From assembly GCA_021811055.1 (NCBI GenBank), contig JAJZPU010000001.1, positions 1-50,233 of the forward strand: a stretch of 50,233 nt of DNA, written 5' to 3'. The DNA is from a bacterium. Its GTDB lineage: Bacteria > Patescibacteriota > Minisyncoccia > UBA6257 > GWB1-50-10. The notes under the pieces are model-generated. The model had not been told where the DNA came from. It saw only the letters and a program-made list of their open reading frames with translations, and ran no database searches. Positions 43,007 through 50,233 of this stretch are shown here, one piece after another. Position numbers and translations under genes: made by a program. Position 1 is the first letter of the stretch, and every line of letters begins with the position of its first letter.

Positions 43007-44011
43007 ATGAAAACGAAAATAACAAAAATAAATCGAAAAAAACCGGAAGAAAAGATAATTCGCGCCGCCGCGAAAATCATAAAAAACGGCGGACTTGTCG
43101 CGTTCCCGACGGAGACGGTATACGGACTTGGGGCGGACGCGCTCCGTGCGGGTGCGGTGAAAAAAATTTTTGAGGCAAAGGGGCGTCCCGCGGATAATCC
43201 TCTCATTGTCCATATATGCGACGAAAAGATGCTCGCCGCCGTGGTCAAAGAAATTCCGGAAAAAGCATTCCCGCTCATGAAAAAATTTTGGCCGGGACCC
43301 CTCACGATAATATTCAAAAAAAAGAATAGCATTCCCGATATAGTGACCGCCGGAGGAAATACGGTCGCGGTGCGTATGCCGGCACATCCCGTTGCACTCG
43401 CGCTTATCGAAAAAACGCGGGTGCCTGTTGCGGCACCCTCGGCGAACATCTCGACTCGTCCGAGTCCCACGGAGGCGAAGCATGTCTACGAAGATCTGAA
43501 AGGGAAAATCCCGCTTATTCTTGACGGAGGACATACGCGCATAGGAGTCGAATCTACGGTCGTGGATCTTACGACAAAAATTCCCACAATACTGCGCAAG
43601 GGAAAAATAACGAGTGGTGAAATTAAAGACATGATAGGTCCCGTTCTTCTTTCGACCGAAAAAAAAGAAGGTGTAGTGAGATCCCCGGGACAAAAATACA
43701 GGCACTACGCACCGAAGGCGAAACTTATTCTTGTTTCCGGAGGGAGTGCCGCGGTGAAAAAAAATATCAGGAAGTATCCAAAAAACAGGGTGTGTGTCAT
43801 TACGTTTACCGAAAGGAAGGATCTTTATATGAAAGCGTATAAAACATTCATTTTCGGAAAAAGAAACGATCCTCTCCGCGCGGCAAGAAGTTTTTTCTCG
43901 CTTCTTCGGAAGTGTGATGAAAAGAATGCGGATGTCATTATCGTGGAAACACCACCAAAAAACGGTGTCGGGGATGCGCTTATAGACAGAATTTCCCGCG
44001 CGGCATCGTAA
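43007..44011 (+). CDS. tsaC: L-threonylcarbamoyladenylate synthase (Sua5/YwlC long form of TsaC)
   Basis: 334 aa with a YrdC domain (VAFPTETVYGLGADA, KGRP..NPLIVH, SAN.S) plus a Sua5 C-terminal domain. Confidence 0.9.
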   Translation: MKTKITKINRKKPEEKIIRAAAKIIKNGGLVAFPTETVYGLGADALRAGAVKKIFEAKGRPADNPLIVHICDEKMLAAVVKEIPEKAFPLMKKFWPGPLTIIFKKKNSIPDIVTAGGNTVAVRMPAHPVALALIEKTRVPVAAPSANISTRPSPTEAKHVYEDLKGKIPLILDGGHTRIGVESTVVDLTTKIPTILRKGKITSGEIKDMIGPVLLSTEKKEGVVRSPGQKYRHYAPKAKLILVSGGSAAVKKNIRKYPKNRVCVITFTERKDLYMKAYKTFIFGKRNDPLRAARSFFSLLRKCDEKNADVIIVETPPKNGVGDALIDRISRAAS

Positions 44012-44061
44012 AGGTATACTGGTTCGTGTTGTCCGCATTTTTTTTGGGACAGATTCTCATA

Positions 44062-44067
44062 TATAAT
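44062..44067 (+). promoter_or_regulatory. -10 hexamer TATAAT 6 nt upstream of the gpsA ATG (candidate leaderless promoter)
   Basis: Reads TATAAT-gtggat-ATG(44074) with no SD. Confidence 0.45.
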
Positions 44068-44073
44068 GTGGAT

Positions 44074-44970
44074 ATGCAGAAAAATATCGCCATTATCGGG
44101 GCGGGAAGAATAGGAGATGCGTTTTCACGCATATTTATAAAGCAGGGATACGATGTTTCGATGTGGGACAAGGAGGAGGGAAAAGTTCCCAATCAGAAAG
44201 ACATCTCGGAGATCGTACGGAACGCGGATCTGGTTTTCCTCTGTGTGCCCTCGTGGGCATTGCGGGACGTGTGTCGGGGAATTCAAAACGATGTGCCGCA
44301 TCATGCGTTTATCATCGCACTCGCGAAGGGACTGGAACGCGGGACTCGAAAGACTCCCGATGAGATTATCGGGGAATTTTTCCATAAGAAAAAATTCGGG
44401 ATGCTGGGAGGTCCGATGCTTGCCGAAGAGTTGAATCTTGGTCACGTGGGAGTGGGCATGATAGGAGCCCAAAACGGAGAGATATTCGAAAAAGTAAAGG
44501 CCGCCTTCAGCGGAAGCGCGGTGCGTTTTTTATACACAAAAGATATGCATGGGGTGGCACTCGGAGGAGTCCTTAAGAATACGTATGCGCTCGCATTCGG
44601 TATTGCCGACGGACTCGAGTGGAGTGGTAATGCAAAGGGATGGCTTCTCGTAAAATCGATGAATGAGATTACGCGTCTTTCGCGTATACTTGGAGGGAGA
44701 AAGAAAACGGTACTTGATGTGGCGGGACTCGGAGATCTTGCGACATGCGGATTCAGCGAATACTCGCGAAACAGAAAGGCGGGACAGGACGTTTTGGAGG
44801 ACGGAAAATTCGATATACAAAGCGAGGGGGTGATATCCGCGCCCTCCGTATTCGGGCTTGTCGGAAAAAAAGTGAAGAAATTCGAGATACTCTCGGCATT
44901 GGAAAAAATCATGGTTGAAAGAAAAGATCCGCGGACGATATTCGAAAATATTCTCGACTCAATATCCTAA
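44074..44970 (+). CDS. gpsA: NAD(P)H-dependent glycerol-3-phosphate dehydrogenase
   Basis: Has MQKNIAIIGAGRIGDAF (Rossmann fold), ALAKGLE, GPMLAEE and GVLKNTYALAFGIADG. The track start 44026 adds a non-conserved leader. Confidence 0.85.
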   Translation: MQKNIAIIGAGRIGDAFSRIFIKQGYDVSMWDKEEGKVPNQKDISEIVRNADLVFLCVPSWALRDVCRGIQNDVPHHAFIIALAKGLERGTRKTPDEIIGEFFHKKKFGMLGGPMLAEELNLGHVGVGMIGAQNGEIFEKVKAAFSGSAVRFLYTKDMHGVALGGVLKNTYALAFGIADGLEWSGNAKGWLLVKSMNEITRLSRILGGRKKTVLDVAGLGDLATCGFSEYSRNRKAGQDVLEDGKFDIQSEGVISAPSVFGLVGKKVKKFEILSALEKIMVERKDPRTIFENILDSIS

Positions 44971-44975
44971 TCATC

Positions 44976-45764
44976 ATGAAAAAGAAAAAAATCATCTCGT
45001 TTGCCGCTATCGTCGCTCTTATCATTCTGCTTTTTGTCGGAGTGAATTTTTTGAAATATTCGGAGGGAGGCGCCGCATTTTTCGGTTCGTTGTATGAAAA
45101 AAAATCCATGTTTCCTCTCGTTACCGGCGCAGCACTTATCGACAGTGTAAATCCGTGCGCATTTTCTATACTTTTCCTTACCATCGCGTTTCTTTTCAGT
45201 CTCGGAAGAACGAGAAAGAACATACTTCTTGTCGGTGGTACATACATTCTTGGAGTCTTCCTTGTCTATGTGCTTATCGGGTTGGGAGTGCTACAAACGC
45301 TCCAATTCTTTAATGTGCCTCATTTTGTCGCGCGCATCGGAGGAGCCATTCTTATTTTTTCGGGAGCACTCAGTCTTATAAATCACTTCGTTCCGTCTTT
45401 TCCGATAAAACTTGGAATTCCGCAACGCGCGCACAGAAAAATCGCAACCTTTGTTGAAAAAGCATCGATTCCCTCGGCACTCGCTCTCGGATTCTTTGTG
45501 GGAATGTGGGAATTTCCGTGTACGGGGGGGCCATATCTCATGGTGTTGGGACTTTTGCATGATCGTGCCACATTTTTCAGCGGATTCGGATATCTTGTGT
45601 GGTACAACATCGTGTTCGTGTTGCCGCTTATACTCATACTTTTTACGGCGGGAAACGAAGAGCTGCTGAAGAAAGTAGAGGGGTGGAAAAAAGAAAACGT
45701 GAAGGGTCGGCTCATCGGAGGAGTTGCGATGATGCTCTTGGGAACGCTTATCTTTCTTCTCTAA
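44976..45764 (+). CDS. ccdA: CcdA/DsbD-family transmembrane thiol-disulfide electron transporter
   Basis: 262 aa with ~6-7 TM helices and the two conserved Cys motifs DSVNPCAF and WEFPCTGGPY. Confidence 0.85.
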   Translation: MKKKKIISFAAIVALIILLFVGVNFLKYSEGGAAFFGSLYEKKSMFPLVTGAALIDSVNPCAFSILFLTIAFLFSLGRTRKNILLVGGTYILGVFLVYVLIGLGVLQTLQFFNVPHFVARIGGAILIFSGALSLINHFVPSFPIKLGIPQRAHRKIATFVEKASIPSALALGFFVGMWEFPCTGGPYLMVLGLLHDRATFFSGFGYLVWYNIVFVLPLILILFTAGNEELLKKVEGWKKENVKGRLIGGVAMMLLGTLIFLL

Positions 45765-45786
45765 AAAAGGTACAATAACAGTCATT

Positions 45787-46302
45787 ATGGAACTCAACAA
45801 AGAAAAGTTTGAAACACTCCTTCAAAAAGTGGAGGAACTGAAAAAAAGCAGCACCTTCGATCTTTCCCGGGAGGAGGATCTGAGTATTGCGGTGATGAAC
45901 CTTATAAGTCTCGAGGAACATTTCTTTTTTACCGCGGAAAAAACGAAAAACAGCGACTATATCGGTCTTCTTGAGGAAACACGCGAAATACGAAAATCAC
46001 TCCTTGCGGAAATGATTCCCGTGCATGAGGGCGAGACGTGGTGTATTTCAAAGCATCTTCTTGCCGCATCTATGCGGATCATGGAAGTTGCGACAAAACT
46101 GCGCTCCGACGGAAAGAAGGAGGAAGCGGAAGTAATGTTCGAAAAAGCATATCGCGTCTACGCGATGTTTTGGGGAATTCGTCTCAAACTCATAGATCTC
46201 TCGGGTGTGAAAGCGAAAGAGAACGGAATTTCGGGAAATGAAAAAAAACCATGGACGGCGGAAGATATTGTCGAGAAGCTGGTAGATTGTTGCAAAGAAT
46301 AA
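45787..46302 (+). CDS. Hypothetical soluble helical protein (between ccdA and the thioredoxin-like gene)
   Basis: 171-aa ORF with no TM or signal peptide, predicted charged and helical, with a C-terminal ..VDCCKE. I recognise no family. Confidence 0.6.
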   Translation: MELNKEKFETLLQKVEELKKSSTFDLSREEDLSIAVMNLISLEEHFFFTAEKTKNSDYIGLLEETREIRKSLLAEMIPVHEGETWCISKHLLAASMRIMEVATKLRSDGKKEEAEVMFEKAYRVYAMFWGIRLKLIDLSGVKAKENGISGNEKKPWTAEDIVEKLVDCCKE

Positions 46303-46310
46303 AATAATTT

Positions 46311-46679
46311 ATGAAGAAAAAAAACATTTTACCGATCGTTATTCTCGTGTTGGGAATCGGAATATTGCTTACACTTGTGATATATCCACTCATACAAAAC
46401 AGCCGAAAAAATTTAGACGGGTTTGCCCAATGTCTTCGCGACAAAGGTGCGGTGATGTATGGGGCGGAATGGTGCTCGCATTGTCAGGACCAAAAGCGGC
46501 TTTTCGGGGATTCTTTTCGGTATGTTTCGTACGTTGAGTGTCCGGAAAACGCACAACTATGCATCGAAAAGGGTGTCGAAGCGTATCCTACATGGATTTT
46601 TGCCGATGGGAATAAGTTCGTGGGAAAACAGGAGCTCGAAGAACTTTCTCTTAGGAGCGGATGTCCGTTGCCCCAATAA
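46311..46679 (+). CDS. Membrane-anchored thioredoxin-fold protein (WCSHC), similar to the Trx-like domain fused to bacterial VKOR
   Basis: 122 aa with an N-terminal TM helix. It has MYGAEWCSHCQDQKRLFG...YVECPEN..LC...GVEAYPTWIF and C-terminal SGC. Confidence 0.8.
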   Translation: MKKKNILPIVILVLGIGILLTLVIYPLIQNSRKNLDGFAQCLRDKGAVMYGAEWCSHCQDQKRLFGDSFRYVSYVECPENAQLCIEKGVEAYPTWIFADGNKFVGKQELEELSLRSGCPLPQ

Positions 46680-46688
46680 CAAGATGGT

Positions 46689-47984
46689 ATGAAAATAAAA
46701 AATTTCGAATATATCGCATCTTCTCCTGAAAGAAAGGCGGCGCTCGAAATTATCGAAGAGGGGCTTCAATCGATCAATACACGTGCCGTGGTGCGACGTT
46801 CCGTGCAACAATTTGGAGATAAGATCGTTGTTGCGGGAGAAGAAGTGGTGTTGCAAAAACAATCGCGAATATTTTTGGTGAGTATAGGGAAGTGCGCTCT
46901 TGAAGCGGCGCAGGAAATAGAAAAAATAATAGGAAAAAATATACATGCGGGAATCGTGATAGACGTGCATGAAGGAGTGTTGGATCATCCGGGAATACAG
47001 CTCTATGTGGGGGATCATCCGTTTCCTTCGGAGAGGAATATATACGCCACAAAGGCGATGATCGAGATGCTTTCCAATATGACGGAAAAAGACGTCGTTA
47101 TCGCGATAATTTCCGGTGGTGGTTCGTCTCTTTTATGTCAGCCGGAGAACCTTACGTGTTTTGAGGAGAAAGAAATAGTGGAGAACCTTTTTCGCAGCGG
47201 TGCCTCCATAGAAAAAGTGAATACCGTCCGAAAACATCTTTCCCTTGCAAAAGGGGGGTATCTCGCGAAGTACGCGTATCCCGCGCGTCTTATCTCGATG
47301 ATTTTTTCCGACGTACCGGGAAACAACATAGAATTTGTCGCATCCGGTCCGACGGTGCTTGATACCACGACCGTGAACGACGCGAAAAAGATATTTGCCG
47401 AATTTAAGCTATCGGATCAATGCGCGTTTGCCGAGAAGGGGCTTGTCGAAACACCAAAGGATGAGAAATTTTTCAATAACGTAAAAAACATAATAGTGGT
47501 TTCAAACGAAATAGCGTTGAACGCCATGAAGGAAGCGGCACGTGCGCGGGGATACAATCCAACGATACGCACCAAGTCGTTTTCGGGACACGCGCGTCAT
47601 ATCGGCGCAGGGATAGCGAGCGAATTAAAGACGGTTTCTCCGAACTCCATGTTGCTCTATGGAGGGGAGAGTACGGTGGTGGTAAAAGGAGCGGGGAAGG
47701 GCGGACGGAATCAGGAGGTGGCGCTTTCCGCGCTTCGCTTTTCGAACGATGACGAAATGATAATTTCCATCGCATCGGATGGAAAAGACAATACGGAATT
47801 CGCAGGTGGAATTTGTGATATAATAACAAAAAAGCACGCCGCCGAATTAGATCTCGATATCAGGAAATATTTGGGCGAAAACAATTCGTTCGAGTTTTTC
47901 AAGCGCACGGGAGATTATATCGAAACGGGTGTTACCGGATCAAACGTGTCGGATCTGGTGTTGGCGGTGCGTTTTAAAAAATAA
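46689..47984 (+). CDS. Glycerate 2-kinase (DUF4147/MOFRL family)
   Basis: 431 aa with IISGGGSSL, KHLS..KGG and GGESTVVVKGAGKGGRNQEVALSA, then a MOFRL C-terminal domain (DGKDN...TG.TGSNV.DL). Confidence 0.85.
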   Translation: MKIKNFEYIASSPERKAALEIIEEGLQSINTRAVVRRSVQQFGDKIVVAGEEVVLQKQSRIFLVSIGKCALEAAQEIEKIIGKNIHAGIVIDVHEGVLDHPGIQLYVGDHPFPSERNIYATKAMIEMLSNMTEKDVVIAIISGGGSSLLCQPENLTCFEEKEIVENLFRSGASIEKVNTVRKHLSLAKGGYLAKYAYPARLISMIFSDVPGNNIEFVASGPTVLDTTTVNDAKKIFAEFKLSDQCAFAEKGLVETPKDEKFFNNVKNIIVVSNEIALNAMKEAARARGYNPTIRTKSFSGHARHIGAGIASELKTVSPNSMLLYGGESTVVVKGAGKGGRNQEVALSALRFSNDDEMIISIASDGKDNTEFAGGICDIITKKHAAELDLDIRKYLGENNSFEFFKRTGDYIETGVTGSNVSDLVLAVRFKK

Positions 47985-47987
47985 CAA

Positions 47988-50233
47988 ATGAAAAAAGAAG
48001 AATTATTTGTATTGCCGTTCGAGGAGGTCGACATAAAAGACATCGCATTGGTGGGGGGAAAAAATGCGGCGTTGGGAGAAATGTATTCGGCACTTACGCC
48101 GAAAGGGGTGAATGTTCCCGGAGGGTTTGCGGTGACTGCCGCCGCGTACCGCCATTTTTTCAAGAAAACCGGGCTCGACAAAGAAATAAAGGAAATTCTG
48201 AAGGGACTCGACACGCATAATATCAGGGACCTGCAGGAACGGGGGAAAAAAGTACGGCGCACTATATTAAAAACAAAACTCCCGAAAGAAATCGAAGAGG
48301 CGGTGGTTGGAGCATACAGGGAAATGGAGAAAAAATACGGAAAGGGAGTTGATACCGCCGTTCGTTCTTCCGCAACCGCGGAAGATCTTCCCGGAGCATC
48401 GTTTGCCGGACAGCAGGAAACATTTCTTAACGTATCCGGAGTCTCATATATACTCGAAGCGACACGCCGATGCATTGCGTCCCTTTTCACCGATCGTGCG
48501 ATTTCCTATCGTTTTGATAAGGGATTCTCACATACCGATATTGCGCTTTCGGTGGGAATACAGAAAATGGTACGGTCCGATCTTTCGTCGAGCGGTGTTG
48601 CGTTCACCATAGATACCGAATCGGGATTCGATAAGGTCATTGTAATAAACGGCATTTACGGACTCGGAGAGTTCATTGTGCAGGGAAAAGTAATTCCCGA
48701 TGAGTTTATCGTATTCAAACCGTCACTCGAAGGCGGATATCGCGGTACGATCGCGAAAACATTGGGACAGAAAAATATAAAACTTGTATATAGTATGCTG
48801 GGAGGCACGAAGCAGGTGAATGTTCCCGCAAAAGACCAGGAGAAGTACGCACTCGACGAGAAGGAAGTGAAGACGCTTGCAACGTGGTGTCTTGAAATAG
48901 AGAAACATTTTTCGGCGCGACACGGACGGTTCCAGCCGATGGATATCGAATGGGCAAAGGACGGGAAAACAGGGGAGCTTTTCATAGTGCAGGCGCGTCC
49001 GGAAACGGTACGTTCGATCGAAGATAAGAATGTATATCGCGAGTATCGCATAAAAGGTACGGGGAATGTTCTAGTGCGGGGAATTTCCGTTGGATCGAAG
49101 ATCGGTACCGGCGCAGTGAGGGTAATTCGTGATGTGCGCGGCATACACGACTTCAAAAAAGGAGAAGTTCTCGTGACGGAAATCACCGATCCCGATTGGG
49201 AACCTATCATGAAGATCGCCTCGGCAATAGTGACGGATAAGGGGGGGAGAACATCCCACGCGGCGATCGTATCGCGTGAACTGGGAATTCCCTGTATTGT
49301 CGGATCGAATGACGCGACAAAGAAATTGAAAACGGGAAGCGTGATAACGGTTGATTGTGCGTCGGGTGAAGTGGGAAAGGTGTATGAAGGAAAAGTTGAA
49401 TTCTCCGTAGCGGAACACGAGTTGAATAAAATTCCGGAAACGAAAACAAAAATAATGGTGAATATAGGTTCTCCCGACGAGGCGTTCCATCTCCACAATC
49501 TTCCGGTAAAGGGTGTCGGGCTTGGGCGTCTCGAATTCATTATCGCATCCTATATACGCATCCACCCGAATGCGCTTATCGAGTATAAGGAGTTAAAACA
49601 AAAAGCGGCGCATTCGAAGGATTATAAGGAGAGATTGGCGTTACAGCACATTATAAAAACGATCGAAACACAGACGATCGGATACGAAGATAAGGCGCAA
49701 TTTTATATTAATGAACTTGCCGAAGGGATCGCGAAAATCGCGGCGGCATTCTGGCCACACGAGGTTATCATCCGCTTTTCCGATTTCAAAACAAATGAAT
49801 ATCGGAAACTTGTCGGCGGGGAATTGTATGAGCCGGAAGAGGAAAATCCGATGCTTGGATGGCGAGGCGCATCCCGTTATTATGATCCGAAATTCAAGGA
49901 AGCGTTCGGACTCGAATGCAAGGCAATGAAAATAGTGCGCGACGAGATGGGGCTCAAAAACGTGGTACCGATGATACCGTTTTGCAGGACGCCCGAAGAG
50001 GGGATGAGAGTTCTCGAAATCATGGCGAAACACGGACTCGAAAAGAAAAAGGACAAGACGTTCAAAACATATGTCATGTGCGAGATCCCGTCGAATATTC
50101 TGCGCGCCGACGAATTTCTGAAGATCTTCGACGGAATGTCCATCGGATCGAATGATCTTACGCAACTCACGCTTGGGCTCGACAGGGATTCCGGCATCGT
50201 ATCGAAGATCGCGAACGAAAAAGACGAATCGGT
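47988..50233 (+). CDS. ppsA: Phosphoenolpyruvate synthase (pyruvate, water dikinase), 3'-partial at window edge
   Basis: This ORF is absent from the track because no stop lies in the window. My own translation from ATG 47988 gives MKKEELFVLPFEEVDIKDIALVGGKNAALGEMY...VRSSATAEDLPGASFAGQQETFLNV. The in-frame phospho-His motif TDKGGRTSHAAIVSRELGIPCIVG lies at ~49233-49304, and the PEP-utilizer C-domain SIGSNDLTQLTLG lies near 50140-50180. Confidence 0.9.
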   Translation, partial: MKKEELFVLPFEEVDIKDIALVGGKNAALGEMYSALTPKGVNVPGGFAVTAAAYRHFFKKTGLDKEIKEILKGLDTHNIRDLQERGKKVRRTILKTKLPKEIEEAVVGAYREMEKKYGKGVDTAVRSSATAEDLPGASFAGQQETFLNVSGVSYILEATRRCIASLFTDRAISYRFDKGFSHTDIALSVGIQKMVRSDLSSSGVAFTIDTESGFDKVIVINGIYGLGEFIVQGKVIPDEFIVFKPSLEGGYRGTIAKTLGQKNIKLVYSMLGGTKQVNVPAKDQEKYALDEKEVKTLATWCLEIEKHFSARHGRFQPMDIEWAKDGKTGELFIVQARPETVRSIEDKNVYREYRIKGTGNVLVRGISVGSKIGTGAVRVIRDVRGIHDFKKGEVLVTEITDPDWEPIMKIASAIVTDKGGRTSHAAIVSRELGIPCIVGSNDATKKLKTGSVITVDCASGEVGKVYEGKVEFSVAEHELNKIPETKTKIMVNIGSPDEAFHLHNLPVKGVGLGRLEFIIASYIRIHPNALIEYKELKQKAAHSKDYKERLALQHIIKTIETQTIGYEDKAQFYINELAEGIAKIAAAFWPHEVIIRFSDFKTNEYRKLVGGELYEPEEENPMLGWRGASRYYDPKFKEAFGLECKAMKIVRDEMGLKNVVPMIPFCRTPEEGMRVLEIMAKHGLEKKKDKTFKTYVMCEIPSNILRADEFLKIFDGMSIGSNDLTQLTLGLDRDSGIVSKIANEKDES

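Noticed and set aside
42745-44038. 241-aa and 352-aa minus-strand ORFs
   Set aside because: They are antisense to paralog 4 and tsaC/sua5 and are Arg/Phe-rich nonsense-like sequence.
48656-49565. 294-aa and 164-aa minus-strand ORFs listed where the track shows no plus-strand gene
   Set aside because: The plus strand encodes ppsA in an open frame running off the window, so the minus ORFs are shadows.
1-50233. Alternative genetic code (UGA recoding as in some CPR lineages)
   Set aside because: Conserved genes terminate at TGA with normal lengths (e.g. rpiB, dnaJ), and no conserved protein is interrupted by in-frame TGA. The standard bacterial code fits.

Overview
The window is a 50.2-kb, densely packed, mostly plus-strand gene array. 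It reads like a streamlined Candidate Phyla Radiation / Patescibacteria (Parcubacteria-type) chromosome segment. That placement is an inference from gene content: split transketolase, an rpiB-rpe-tkt block, gap/ppsA/glycerate kinase, a minimal dcw cluster (mraZ-rsmH-ftsL-ftsI-murF), lamin-tail-domain and giant Cys-rich surface proteins, short genes, and the standard genetic code. Housekeeping genes present are recR, dnaB, cysS, hrcA-grpE-dnaK-(membrane ORF)-dnaJ behind a textbook CIRCE operator, rplJ-rplL, rsmI, tsaC/sua5, gpsA, tRNA-Val(CAC) and tRNA-Glu(CTC). I saw no rRNA, CRISPR array, transposase or integrase. Points worth a second look: (1) A family of four ~570-aa cytoplasmic, very cysteine-rich proteins I cannot assign to a characterised family. 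Three are in tandem at 37.9-43.0 kb and one is at 21.2-23.0 kb. Each has homologous N- and C-terminal 4xCxxC zinc-ribbon modules, and the paralogs have lost Cys ligands in different places. (2) Two comparatively GC-rich, strongly structured non-coding elements, one after rplL at 31069-31219 and one after tRNA-Glu at 37731-37890. (3) An exact 16-nt copy of the tRNA-Glu 3' end lies 196 bp downstream of the original. (4) The CCA end of tRNA-Val supplies the A of the next gene's ATG. (5) A recurrent TATAAT-N5-8-ATG layout without Shine-Dalgarno sequences suggests widespread leaderless expression. (6) AGTA-rich intergenic repeats recur, including a 14-bp x3 array touching the cysS start codon. (7) An L,D-transpeptidase is fused to an S11 carboxypeptidase-like domain that lacks its catalytic Ser. 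The supplied ORF track omits the 3'-partial ppsA (47988 to the window end), and the first ORF is probably 5'-partial.
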